Positions 13,396-27,056 of a DNA stretch of 64,000 nt are shown here, piece by piece (positions within the stretch are counted from its first letter, which is position 1; each line of letters starts with the position of its first letter). The notes under the pieces are model-generated. The model worked only from the letters and a program-made list of their open reading frames with translations, ran no database searches and was not told the origin of the DNA. Source of the DNA: Octopus vulgaris (taxonomy: Eukaryota); NCBI GenBank assembly GCA_951406725.2, contig OX597824.1:37324001-37388000 (forward strand). Reading direction: 5' to 3'. Position numbers and translations under genes: made by a program.

Positions 13396-15179
13396 TGTTT
13401 CATTAATCTTTTTCTCAAAATGAATTTTTGCAAAATATTTTTAGCACATTTGATGGGTTTTGGTATCACTCGCTAAAATTTAAACCTAGCCTTCAAAATA
13501 GGGACTGTTTTTCTGCACTAAGTTAACTGATCAAATGTAACATCTTAAAGAGATGGATTTATATGAAGTCAGTTTACAGTTTTCCTTTAAACACTAATTA
13601 TAAAAAAAGTTTCCCTTTCTCATCACACATGAATCTGTTTAGAACTTGTAAGGGGGATTGTAAATGATTAATTTGATATGCTTTTCAATAACTCTCTCTT
13701 TAGACTTTCTGGAAGGTTTTCAAAAGAGACTTCTTGGGTAATAATACAATCATCACCTAAATAAAAGTAACAGTTGTGTATTTGATTAACATCTTTGTTT
13801 CAATGTTGGATATTAGTTTAGCTGAGCCACAACAACAGACTGGCTCTCAACCATTGTCCTGATGGTCATTCAAGCTGTCATTTACTTTTACTGTTCAAAT
13901 AATACATGTTCATTGAAATAAACTGCTTCTGATAAATAGCAAACTAATTCTAGGTCATATAATGTTTAGAGTGGTGTGTGTGTGGGGGGTGGGGTGGCTT
14001 TTCTTTTTGCATTTAGAGTTATCTAAAAACACTCTAACTCTCTTGACTTGGTGCTAAAAATAACATGAAGATGTTAGAAATGGCAACATTTTTAGTCGAG
14101 AATTAAAAGATCAACGTTATGTTGTCAGAGTTGTCTTTGTTCTTGATTCAGAATGAAATATAGAACCTGAAATGTGAAAATTAGAATAGTCTGGGGGTTG
14201 AGCAAAACTAAAACCAGCTCTTGTTTAATGTCTTCAGATTTTAGCTGCTTTAGTTTATTTCTATTCCCACTCCACTCTTTGAGTAGTTTTTGTTTTCACA
14301 ACTTTATTTGGTCCCTTAAAGATTAGAAATTCCTTTGTACTTCAGGTTGGACATATTTTAGTTGAATGCCGTTGCCAGTACCACCTAACTGGCCCTCATG
14401 CCGGTAGCACGTAAAAGCACCCACTACACTCTCGGAGTGGTTGGCATTAGGAAGGGCATCCAGCTGTAGAAACTCTGCCAGATCAGATTGGAGTCTGGTT
14501 CGCCAGACCTCAGTCCAATCGTCCAACCCATGCAAGCATGGAAAGCGGACGTTAAATGATGATGATGTGCACAGTTTTCAAACTAAAGAATTCTTTATTA
14601 TCTCAAAGAACTTCAAACATTAGATGTTTTGTCACATAACTAATGCTCTGACTGCTTGTGCTTGCCCTCTGCTATTGTTTTCCTCTCTATACTTTTCCTG
14701 AACAGTCAGCAACAGCACCAGCCTTAAAATTATGTGTTGATGTATCTTGTGCACTGTTGTCGGGATTACTATAGAGGTATTATTTTTTACTTGTTTCAGT
14801 CATTAGACTGCAACCATGCTGGGACACTGATTTGTCATGGAGAAAATTTCTCACTGTAGGCAAATAGGTGTAAAATACACTGTCAGCTCACAGTATCACC
14901 TAACGAAACTGTGGGATGCATGCATTTCAGAGTGATTGTCTCCTTTTTAGCCACAGAGACCGGAAAGTGACGATAACAATGATTAACTATTTTGTCTTGG
15001 AACATGCTTCCTAGGTTTTTATAATTGTCACTGTCTCTGTGTGCTGTATAATTTGAAATATGAGTGTGGTAATACAGAGTTAATGAGGGTGACTAGAAAA
15101 TTAACAGCAATGTGAGTCCATCATTTACTTTTATCTTTGATAGTGAAAAATGCAAGTTTTGTCAATATACTTTAGACAT

Positions 15180-15400
15180 GCGAGCTGGCAGAAACGTTAG
15201 CACACCGGGCAAAATGCTTAGCAGTTTTTTGTCTGTCTTTACATTCTGAGTTCAAATTTCGCCAAGGTTGACTTTGTCTTTCACCGTTTTGGAGTCAATA
15301 AATTAGGTACCAGTTGCATACTGGGACCGATGTAATCAACTGAACTCCCCCACCCCTCAGAAAACATTTTGGGTCTTGTGCCTAGAGTACAAAAGAATAT
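15180..15400 (+). mobile_element. SINE with Meta-like domain (representative)
   Basis: gagctggcagaa.cgttagcac...ttctgagttcaaat...gactttgcctttcatcctttcggggtcgataaa..aagtaccag consensus. Copies at 7795-8010, 12550-12716, 15710-15970, 23450-24070 (three in tandem), 44570-44712, and on the minus strand 35360-35570 and 36745-36945. Confidence 0.75.
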
Positions 15401-17435
15401 ATTTTAACACAGTATATCTTAGAAGAGCAGAGGTGTCCATAATGCGAAAGCTGACACCCAACTTAAGTATAGGACAAAGTTGGAATCATTGAGGTTGTAT
15501 ATTTGATCTTAAAGAAGGAACCACAAAATAGATAGGTGTGTTCTTTTTATTGTTTTCAGAATCTTCAACTGATGAGGAAATATTAATTTCAAAAACATTC
15601 AGAAACTAATATATCAATTACATCTGTAACATAGTTAGAATAGTTGTCTGTGAATTTTTATCACATCTATTAATTGCAGCTATTCATTCTCCAACAGTTA
15701 TTATTATTAAGGTGGCAAGCTGGCAGAATCATTATCGCGCTGGACGAAATACTTAGTAGTATTTCGTCTCACTATGTTCTGAGTTCAAATTGTGCTGAGG
15801 TATTTCGTCTCACTATGTTCTCAGTTCAAATTGTGCTGAGGTTGCCTTTGCCTTTCATCCTTTTGGGGTCAATACATTATCAGTGAAACACTTGGGGGTG
15901 GGTGGGATGTAATTGGCTAGTCCCCTCCCCACAAATTTCAGTCCTTGCGCCTTTAGTAGAAAGGATCATTATTATTACTATGGCAAACTGCAGAATTGTT
16001 ACCAATCATCATCATCATTGTTTAACGTCCGTTTTCCATGCTGGCATGAGTTGGACGGTTTGACAGGTCTGGAGAGCCAGCAGCTGCACCAGGCTCCAAT
16101 CTGATCTGGCAATGTTTCTACAGCTGGATGCCCTTCCTAACGCCAACTACTCTGAGAATGTAGTGGGTGCTTTTTTATGTGCCACCGGCTCAGGAACCAA
16201 TCAGGTGGGCCTGGCATCGATCATGTTTGGATAGTGTTTTTTATGTGCCATTGGCACGGGGGGTGGGGTCAGTCAGTGGGTACTGGCATTGGCCATGTTC
16301 AGATATTGCTTTTTATGTGCCATTGGCACAGGAGCCAGTCATGGGGCACTAGCCACAGCTACGACATTGGTTTTACTTGATTCAAGAGGTCATCTCAAGC
16401 TTATCATTGCCCAATGCATCAGGAGTACTCTTAACTGGGCTGGACATGCATGGCTGCAATCTCACTTAGCAGCATTTTTCCTGGCTCTTTATGTTCTAAC
16501 CAAGGTCAATTTTGATTTTTATCCTTTCAGGCTCAATAAGATAAAATACCAGTTGGACTCTGAGGTTAATGTAATCGACTTTGTCCCCCCTCCACTCCCC
16601 CCCACCTAATATTGCTGGTCTTATACCAAAATTACAAGTCCATGTTGCTTTTAACAATGGTGTATGCTGGTAAGCTGCAGTGATAAAACAAAGGATTAAA
16701 TAATGCTTTACAAGTATTTATGTTCTTATCTGTTTAAATTCAAATCCAGGCAAATAAATTAAGTCCTCATCAAGTACTGTTTTCAGTATGTGTATATATA
16801 TATAAATATGTGTATAAGAACACAAATGGGGTTTTGAAACTTACAACAGCTAACATAGATATCTACTTGGTTATAAAAACCGTAATGACGTATCTTGGTT
16901 ACAGCTTGTTTGTGATTCTTGCACGTCCTCACAGGTAGTTTTGGCTATAGACTAATTAAGATAACTGTTACGAAACAACAGTTTGATCTCTTTACTTCTC
17001 ACATGCCTGTTATAACAACTCCTAATTTTTCTGTAAATTTGTTATTTTTTAAACTACCACTTATTCAATATTTGTTGGATTCATCATCAAGCTTTTATCA
17101 CATCTGTTTATACCCATTTAAAATTTTACCTGAATACGGTGGATTACATGCTGCAATGTAATCTATGAATACCTCAAATTCTACCAAAACAGCCAGCATG
17201 AATTTAAAACCCCACATGTGTCCTTTTTTATACCTATTATTTCCCCTAGATCCAACCCTGAGTCTGATCTACAGTTTAAATTGGATTTGGTACTTTTACA
17301 TATCTACAATATCCTAAGCAACACAAGACACCTTCTTGATTGCTTTACCTCACTATGAACCCTATGTTATTGTACCTAGCCATTTTTGGTATCCTATGTG
17401 TTGATGTGCATTGAATCTAATAAATCTTATAACTA

Positions 17436-17508
<73 letters not shown>

Positions 17509-18377
17509 CACACACACTCTTAAAGGTAAATGAAATCCTATATATTGATAGTGAAATAGCAGCATTAAAGAACCACAAAAGCTAGACACCATCTGCTTTT
17601 TAAGTAAGGTTAAGAATGGTTAATGTTCTTTTTTGAAAAACAATGTTTAAAGAAATTTTATTGGATTTATTAAACACTTTGCTCTAATTTGATTTAGAAC
17701 ATAAAACAGAACATTAAAGAAATGCATGTAAATCTTCAAAAAAAAAAAGAAAACTAAAAGAGATCGCTTTTTAATCCTTTGGTTGGAAAAGCAAATCTAA
17801 CATCCTTGTCTGTTACTTTTTTTTATTTTTTGGCTGAGAAATAACTGAAGGCTGCTTGCTTGCTATTTGTTCTATTTATATATCAGTACACCCCACCTCC
17901 TCACCTCATTTCTGAACATGCCTTTTTACAAAACTTAAGTGGCTGTTATCATTCTGCTATATAATCCATCAGCTACTAATTCTCAGAGGCCAAACACCTA
18001 TGTTGTTCCAGCCACTAGATTTTTCTTAGTATCCTGCTCCTTCACAAAATTCTCAGCTATTTTACTCTGCATATTTTCAATTTACTCCAAACTTTCTGTT
18101 GAAATTTTACATTTCCATTTTTGTACTAAAGAAAACAGAATGAATCTAGGTTTTTGTTTTTTTTTTATTCAAGATAGCGACACTGAAATTGTTTTGTGTG
18201 TGTAGATCTGGTAACTTCTATTGGAGGCCTGCAAAACTTTTAGCCACATCGAGATGGATGAAACTATTTAAAATAATCTCTCTCTCTCTCTCATATATAT
18301 ATATATTAAGAACCAACTTACTTAGAAATGGATGTGTGCATTCTGTCATATAATAACAAATTAATAAATAAAATATA

Positions 18378-18561
18378 TGCATATATACATACATATATGT
18401 ATGTACCTACATCTACATGTATATATACATGCATATATGGGTACAGGACACCAAAAAAACGTTTCTCATTGTGTTCGATATTTTTTTGGTGTCCTGTACC
18501 CATATATGCATGTATATATACATGTAGATGTAGGTACGTACATATATGTATGTATATATGC
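18378..18561. repeat. near-perfect palindrome, arms about 80 bp
   Basis: ...gcatatatgggtacaggacaccaaaaaaa [short spacer] tttttttggtgtcctgtacccatatatgc...; the ORFs on the two strands are near-identical. Confidence 0.9.
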
Positions 18562-19085
18562 AGGTATGGATGTGTCACTTTTCAACCACATGGCTCCATG
18601 TCTTGTTTCACTGCATGGCATCTTAGATAAGTGTCTACTCTTGTAGCCTTTGGCCGACTAGTATTTTGTGTGAAAATTTGGTAGTCATATGCTGATAGAA
18701 GTCTGGTGTGCATGTGTCTCTGTTGCACAAGGAAGACAAAATACCACAGCTTTGTACCATTTACTAACACACATATAAAGTTGTGATCTTGGTAATATTT
18801 ACATTCTTAAGCTGCTTCAAACACAAAATTTGAAACTATAAATATGCATGTATAATATATTCATAAGAAAATGCCAAGACATAAATGCTCAAATCAGACC
18901 AAGTGCCTAAAATCTGATTATGAGTGAAGGGACACAGGACCGGTGTAAATGTGACTTGGTTCTAGGCAATGTAAGCATAAATATATTATATGATCTCACT
19001 ACTTGAATTTGTCTTCTGATGATGAGCAAGATTGTTTGCATAACTTACATCTCTGCTGATTTATCTAACTCGCACCAAAATATCT

Positions 19086-19124
<39 letters not shown>

Positions 19125-19134
19125 TATGCATATA

Positions 19135-19193
<59 letters not shown>

Positions 19194-22100
19194 TATTATA
19201 ATAAATGCCAAAACGAATTTGTGTTTCAGTGTGTCACACTTTGAAACCCTCTCTCACTGTTCAATGACACTTCTACTATTCCTCCTGCTGGGGTCAGAGT
19301 AATAGTAAGCATAGAGATGGTTGGGGCAGTAGTAGATTGACAGTTGTGATGGTGATAGTAATAGTATGAGCTGTAGTTCTGATGGAGGCGATGGTGGTGT
19401 TGGTAGCCAAGGCGGTCAGGGATGATGGTGATAGTAAACAATGTGAAAGACTGGTGGTGGAGGGGTAGGCGGTGAAATCAAAGATATTGATGGTGGTGGC
19501 ATCAGAAGTCTGAATGGTGTGTGTATGGCAGTTGTGGTGATGGTTAAAAACAATCAGCAGAGAGAGAGAAAGGTTAGACAGAAGAACATTGTATTGACCC
19601 CTGAATAGGAAGACAAAAATGTTGTTTATCATGCAGCTTTGCAATAAGTTCCAAGTCTACAAAATATATCATTGTTTTGATGAAAATTGTTCATTGCTTG
19701 AAAAATATTGGTCAAGTTGAATAAAATTTAATATGTATTCAATGCTTGAAGTATCATTGTTGGACCTAAGCTCCAATGAAGAACCCTCCATAGGAGTCAC
19801 CTTAAAAGCCGCTTGATAGAGTTGGTTTTAAGCTAGTATGTATATATATATATATATATAATGATGTACATAACTGCTTTTAATGAACACCTTACCCCAG
19901 AAACAGCTGTAAAGAATTACCTACACTTTTCCTTCATTTGCAAGGTTTCTGACTATTGATTCCCTGGATTTTACTTGCTTATCCTAATTGAACCAACTCA
20001 GAAATCTTCTTAATTTCACTTCTATTTCATCAACAACAATACTGTTTGAACTACCTCGATTTGTGTCTATCTTTGAGGGATTACTATGAACTTTTAATCT
20101 CTGGATTCTTTTGGTTTTTAATTCCTCTTTTTTTTTTATTTTTGAATTTTATTATAATTCTCTTCTATAATTTTCTCATTTTCTTTTTATAATGTCTATA
20201 TCTTAATGTTTTTGTAACCATTTCTATATTTTCTTTCATGCTGATGGTTGAATAATAATGATTTGTTTTCAACTATTCTTTGTTTTGAAAGTCTCAAATT
20301 TTTTTTTATATATATTATCAGAAATTAGTCTCTATAGATTTAGGGAGTTCTTGGGGACTGTCTTATATACTGGAAAATGTCTTAGTAATGGATGAGTTTC
20401 AGGTGGAATTGTCTGTTTATGCAGCAGCTTTCACAGAACCTTTAAACAGAATCAGTCTGGCGTAAATGTCAAGATGAATTGAGATCATTTGTAGACTCTG
20501 GTCTTTAAAGCTTAACGTTAGAAAGGCTTCTTTTGTGCAAAATTTAACTCCATATTATCATCATCATTTAATGTCCTCTCTTCAAATGTTTGCATGGGTC
20601 AAACTGTTTATTTGTTGCAGATTTTCTATGGCTGGATGCCCTTCCTGTCACTAATCCTCACCTTGTTTCCAAGCAAGGCAATATTTCTCCATGGGCACAT
20701 GTATCAGCATCATCGTTTAATATCTGCTTTCCATGCTAGCATGGGTTGGACAGTTTGACCGTGGGCTGGCGAACCAGCTGGATGCCCTTCCTAACGCCAA
20801 CCACTCCGAGAGTGTAGTGGGTGCTTTTACGTGCCACTACAGAGTATTAGAAATAAGTGCTTGTATGACACTGACACTGCCATCTGATGTAGAGAGAAAG
20901 AGAGAGAGAGACTCTCTTTCTCTTGTGCAGATGTGAATGTATGCTAAGAAGTTGGCTTCTCAACCACATGGTTCTGGATTTGGTTACAGTGGGATGTAAG
21001 TATATAATTTACTATAGCTATGGGCCAACTGAAACCTTGTGAGTGAATTAGGTAAAAGTAAACTGAAAGAAGCTTGTCAGGTGTGGGTATGTGTACAAAG
21101 TGCTTCTTTGTTTCTGTTTACCAAATCTACTTGGAAGGTTTTGATATACCTGGGAGCTATAGTAAAAGACATTTGCTAGTGGGACTGAACCTAGAACCTT
21201 GTGGCTGGGAAGCAATACACAGCCACTCCTGCATCTATATCATCATCATCATCATTTAACGTTCGCTTTCCATGCTAGCATGGGTTGGACGATTTGACTG
21301 AGGACTGGCGAACCAGATGGCTGTGCCAGGCTCCAATCTGATCTGGCAGAGTTTCTACAGTTGGATGCCCTTCCTAACACCAACCACTCCAAGAGTTTAG
21401 TGGGTGCTTTTATGTGCCGCCATCACGAGGGCTAGTCCAGCGGTACTGGCAACGGCCACACTTGAAATGGTGTTTTTTATGTGCCACCGGCACAAATGCA
21501 AGTAAGGCGACGCTGGTAATGATCACGCTCAAATGGTGCTTTTTATGTGCCACCGGCACGGAAGCCAAACAGCTGCTCTGGCAGTGATCCTGCTCAGATG
21601 GAGCCGTTAGCGCTTTTATAAATAAGTCAAATTTAAACTGACCACCTCTTATCAGGTACAATACAGATATATTGAACTTGAGTAAGAACATTTAAGCCAT
21701 CAGGATTCAAATTCTATTTTTTTTAAATTTTGAACTGAATATATTGTTGATAAAAATCATTTTGATATTGTGATGCTGTGTTGACACCAGTAATTTTAGC
21801 TGAGTCAAACCTTGAATATAATGAGTGCTTTTCCAGCTGGAGTAATGAAAATATATTTGTAGCAACCTTGTGATGTCTTTAAATAGCAACACTAACCTTT
21901 TTATCAGTTAATATGAATTAGACATTAGATTGTTTGATATAAATAGTCTGGTGAGAACAGCTGAGAAAATGCTGTGTATTTCTTTGTATTCCAACCTGCT
22001 CAAATGTTAGTCTAACTAATGAAATATTTCCCAGTCATCTACTGGAAAATATTAAATCAGTTACTCATCCTACCCACTCGTTTACAATAGTCCTTGTACC

Positions 22101-22454
22101 AATGTTAGAAATCAATTTATTACTTGGTAACCATTGTGTTGTGAGTGTTCAGCTTCTGCTTGCTGCTGTCAGTTGATAATTTCTACATTTATTTTTTTTT
22201 TATATAAGAAAGCAATGGCTTCCTGTCATTTTATAGTTGTATCACTTGGTTACCATTACAGATGAGAGCATAAAATGCTTGAAATACTACGATATATTAC
22301 TTGATAAAGGGCACTGAGAGATGATTTTTGCCTTAAGCGAAAACTTTTCTCTGTGGCAGACTGCAATGAAAGTAGCCTTTTTACAAGTCAAGTATGTCCC
22401 AAACATACTGGAACTGATGGAAATGTAGTTTACTTCACAACACTGCAGCATGTG

Positions 22455-22471
22455 TCAATCATGTATGTGTG

Positions 22472-22518
<47 letters not shown>

Positions 22519-22661
22519 GTATGTATGTGTATATGTATGTGTGTATATATATTTATGTATGTATGTGTATATGTATGTGTGTATATGTATGTGTGTATAT
22601 ATATATGTGTGCATATATGTATGTATATATATATATATATATATGTGTGCATATATGTATG

Positions 22662-22694
<33 letters not shown>

Positions 22695-22705
22695 ATATAT
22701 ATGTA
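22455..22705. repeat. compound (TA)n/(TG)n/(TATG)n microsatellite
   Basis: Direct reading. Similar tracts at 17440-17520, 19087-19190, 22985-23060, 27960-28020 and 29248-29293. Confidence 0.95.
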
Positions 22706-22861
22706 TAAAAAAATACAAACTGGGACAAGAACGCAAAACATTTAGAAGACGATACAAAAAACATGGATGGGACATTCGAAGCCTTCAATCTTCAGTCAAG
22801 AACCGGATCATCCTCGCAGTTTCGGCTGATTAATCTTGATATCCCCCCCCCCCTCTCAATC

Positions 22862-22897
22862 CTTTCTGTTGAAAAGCATATGCTTGAAACCTCAAAG
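22862..22897 (+). ncRNA. degenerate minimal hammerhead motif
   Basis: CTTT CTGTTGA A AAGC-ATAT-GCTT GAAA C CTC AAAG; stem I CTTT/AAAG; core A6 replaced by T. Confidence 0.4.
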
Positions 22898-22984
22898 CCT
22901 TTTCCATTCTTCCTGAATGTCAAACTAATACACCTGTTTGTTGTTCCCTCACCTGTCTTCGTCTTTTGTTTTCTGTAAATTTAA

Positions 22985-23064
<80 letters not shown>

Positions 23065-24929
23065 TTAATAAGGGTGATAGAATTAGATACTAATTTAATA
23101 GTAACGCTATTCAACACCGAGTGGCCCAAACATTTATTTTGTGGTTGAAACCTATTGGATCTATTTCTAGTGCTAGAGTGAGCCACATAGTGACCACTCT
23201 CTTATATATATGTATATATATATATATATATATAGTCTAAATCTATCTATACATATATAGTCTGAATCAGACAGGCATTTGTATATTTGTCTATAGAGTG
23301 AGTATATTAATCTTTCTACTGTATTTTAGTATTTATAGATTCATTTTACCAATAGGTTTCACACATGAGGTAGGAGAGAGGACACTGACACTACTCATCA
23401 GAAGAGCCACTTTGAGAAGAATGACCATACCATACTTTATTATTATTATTAAGGCAGCAAGCTGGCAGAATCATTAGCGCTGGACTAAATGCTTAGCGGT
23501 ATTTTGCCCATTGCTATGTTCTGAGTTCAAGTTCCTTTGGGGTTGATAAAATAAGTACCACTTGAACACTGATGTCGATGTAACTGACTTATTTCCTCCC
23601 TCAAAATTTCTGCCTTTGTGGCAAAATTTGAAACCATTATTATTATTGTCAAGTTGGCGAGCTGGCAGAATCATTAGCACACCAGGCAAAATGCTTAGTA
23701 GCGTTTCATCTGTCTTCATGTTCTGAGTTCAAATTATGACAAGGTTGACTTTGCCTGTCATCCTTTTGGAGTCAATAAATTAAGTACCAGTGAAACACTA
23801 GGGTTGATGTAATCAACTAGTTCACAGGTCTTGTGTCTTTAGTAGAAAAGATTATTATTATTATTACTGTCAAGGTGACAAGCTGGTAGAATCGTTAACA
23901 TGCCAAACAAAATGCTTAGTGGCATCTCACCAGTCTTTATGTTCTGAGTTCAAATTTCACCGAGGTTGATTTTGCCTTTCATCCTTTAGGGGTCAATGAT
24001 ATAAATACCAGATGAACACTGGAGTCAATGTAATTAACTCACCCACAGAAGTTCAGGCCTTGTGCCTCTAGTTCGACCCATGCCGGCATGGAAAACAGAC
24101 ATTAAATAGTGATGTTTATTATTGTTGTTGTTACTTGTTTTGTTGATGTTTCCCTCATCATGGAGTCTAAACAACTATGTGGTTATCTCTTTCCCTTCTC
24201 TCTTCTCTGTTGTCTATGTACAGGAATGGTTGTGTACAAGCATGTCTGTGTGTGTGTGTATATATATATATAAAACCATATGAATACAAAAGGGTGTGGC
24301 CTTGGCTTTTCTATCTTCTGTTTGTTGCATCCTACTACTGTTGCCCTCTCTTCTGCCTCTCCACTGATGTTGATAATTTGTATAATAATAAATTAGTGTT
24401 TTGCCAAATAAACTGATTCTGTGAATTAATAAGCTTATGTTATATTCAACTAACAGTTGTGTAAGCTTATCAGTTGAATTGGAGAAATGTGTGTATATTT
24501 ATAAAGCCTTTGATATCAAATATGTTTTCTGTATTTTGTGCTGTATATATGTAAATATATAACTTATATTTAAACATGCACATGTGAGGTGGTGGTGGTG
24601 GGGTCCATGGAAATGAAAAGATTCTACAATTGGGAAGAGATTTAGATTTCTGTAACATAGCTGGAAACATGAAATTTGTATGAAATAATTTGCTTTGGGC
24701 ACTGAACAGACATGTGGCTGGATCAAATTCCCAACCAAGCCAAAAGTTACATGCTGGTGGAACAATGCTCTTGATAGGGCTACAAAGGCTAAGAAACTGG
24801 CATGGAAAAGCTGGAGGAAAGAGGATAGGGAGCATTACCAAGTGGCTAAAAGAGCAGCTTGACAACAGGTGTATTTGGCCAAGGGTGAAAGAGAGAGGAG
24901 ATTTGTACATGTCTTGCAACATGGGGATG

Positions 24930-26440
24930 AGACATGTGAAGTGTTTAGGAGTGTGAAACCGTGTGGAAGAGAAGTGAGAAATATATTCAGAATGATGAAG
25001 TTATACTTGCCACTGATATATGGGCGATAAGAGAGTGACATGGAAATGTTATGAGGGGCTGTAGAATGTAGGGAACGCATGGTATGAAGTAGATCTACTT
25101 TGTACAGAGGGACCGGCAATTCAATTTGACAGCAACATAGTTAAGATGATCAAGGAGATGAAGATTGGGAAAACTGCAGGTCCTTCTAGTTGCAGAGAAG
25201 CTGAAAATATTTGTTGAGGTAGGGTACGGGTTTACCACCCAGATAGTAAATCAAATCTTACAAGAGGGTGTCATACCCAAAGACTGGCATAACACTATCG
25301 TTATAAACTGTTTCAGAGGCAAAGGAGATGTCTTAGAGAGAAGCAGTTACAGAGGAATTAAATTACTGTATCAAGTTCATAGAGAGAGAGAGTCATGGTA
25401 CAACTGATTCGTGACAGGATAGATCTAGATGAGATGCTGTTTGGTTTTGTGTCTGGAAAAGGTACCATGGATACAGTATTCATAGATGTACAACTACAAG
25501 CCATCACAGAGGTGTTTATGACTGGCTGTGTATGAGAACTCTTACATGCTGATGATCTAATTTTTGTAGCTGAGTCCATAGTGGAATCGGAAGAAATTCC
25601 AGACATGGAAGCTAAACCTGGATTTGAGAGGTCTTAAGGTAAACCTAGCAAACACAAAATTTTTAGCAAGTAGGAAAGAAGACAGGACCTTGGTACCTTC
25701 AGAGCAATGGCCCTGCTTGATGTGCAGAAAAGGATTTGATTTAAGCCTCATATACAGTAGATGCACTAGTGCAGTTCATACAAGCACGCCAGAAACTGAG
25801 TCTCTTAAGTGCCCAGACAGCTCACTAGAGTACAGCACAAAGTAGACCTACTTCATACCATGCGTTCCCTACATTCTACAGCCCCTCATAACATTTCCAT
25901 GTCACTTTCTTATCACTTTCTTGTTTCCTGGATTAGCTAGGGAGGTAGTCACTCTGAAAGTATAGTAGACTAAGAAGAGACTGGAGAAGGTTCAGGGACC
26001 TATACCACTGCTGACAACTAAGGTCTTTTCTCACAGTAAAAGGCAGATTGTATGATGCTTGTGTTAGAACTGCAATGCTGCATGGCAGTGAAACATGGGC
26101 CTCGAACATAGAGGGTATGAGAAGACTGGAAAGAAATGAAACAAGCAAGCTCTTTGGATGTGCAATGTAAGTGGGCATAAATGACATACTACAAATGTGC
26201 TGAGAGAAAAACTGGGCATAGGGAGTCAGATGTAGTTTGCAAGAAAGAAAACCCCACTAGTATAGACATGTGATGCATGTGGATGAGGACAGCTGTATAT
26301 AAATGTGCCAATCACTAAATATGAATGGAGCTTGTGGATGAGGAAGACATCGGATGAAGTGGTTATGGTTGATCTCAAAACCCTGAGTTCACAGAGAAAA
26401 TGACAAAGGGCTGGGATATCTGGCAATACAAGGTTCTCAT
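24930..26440 (+). mobile_element. degenerate RTE-clade LINE (RT and 3' region)
   Basis: YRGIKLL, ELLHADDL, GLKVNLANTK and MLHGSETW remnants with frameshifts and stops. Confidence 0.85.
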
Positions 26441-26593
26441 GAAAACCTGCCCATTGTAGTGAAGCTGACGTATGCATATGTGTGTGTATACACATATATA
26501 TGCATTATATACACACTTTTGTGTATGTATGTGTGTATATATAATCACTTGCAAACAAAAGTAATAACTGTTCCATTAAATAAGTTAAATACA

Positions 26594-26714
26594 AACGGGA
26601 AATAGACACAGGTCACCAAATCCTCATCAGTTATTGGCCAAAGGGCATGAAATTACGTTTGACCCTCTGGACGATAACTAGTGATTTGGTGACCTTTTGT
26701 GTCTGTTTCCCGTT
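26594..26714. repeat. foldback (imperfect palindrome)
   Basis: aacgggaaatagacaca.ggtcaccaaatc / gatttggtgacc..tgtgtctgtttcccgtt, with inner agttat/ataact and cc.aaggg/ccctctgg pairs. Confidence 0.8.
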
Positions 26715-27056
26715 GATGCATTTATTATGTTTTTAACTTTTATATCATCCTCTTCATCATCATCATTTAGCGTCCGCTTTCCATGCTAGCATGGGTTGGA
26801 CGGTTCAACTGGGGTCTGGGAAGCCAGAAGGCTGCACTAGGCCCAGTCTGATCTGGTAATGTTTCTACGGCTGGATGCCCTTCTTAATGCCAACCACTCC
26901 GTCAGTGTAGTGGGTGCTTTTTACGTGCCAGACGAGGCTGGCAAATGGCCACAATCGGATGGTGCTTTTTGGGTGCCACTGGCACAGGGGCCAGGCGAGG
27001 CCGGCAACAGCCACAATCGGATGGTGCTTTTTACATGCCATATATATATATATATA

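Noticed and set aside
14958-14973. ETS-CRE-like promoter motif accggaaagtgacg
   Set aside because: Imperfect ETS core and no supporting exon or CpG-rich context.
22353-22833. Many overlapping 60-130 aa ORFs rich in Y/I/C/V/M
   Set aside because: Translations of (TA)n/(TG)n microsatellites; the same applies to ORFs near 18300-18650, 19019-19302, 27831-28152 and 53466-53788.
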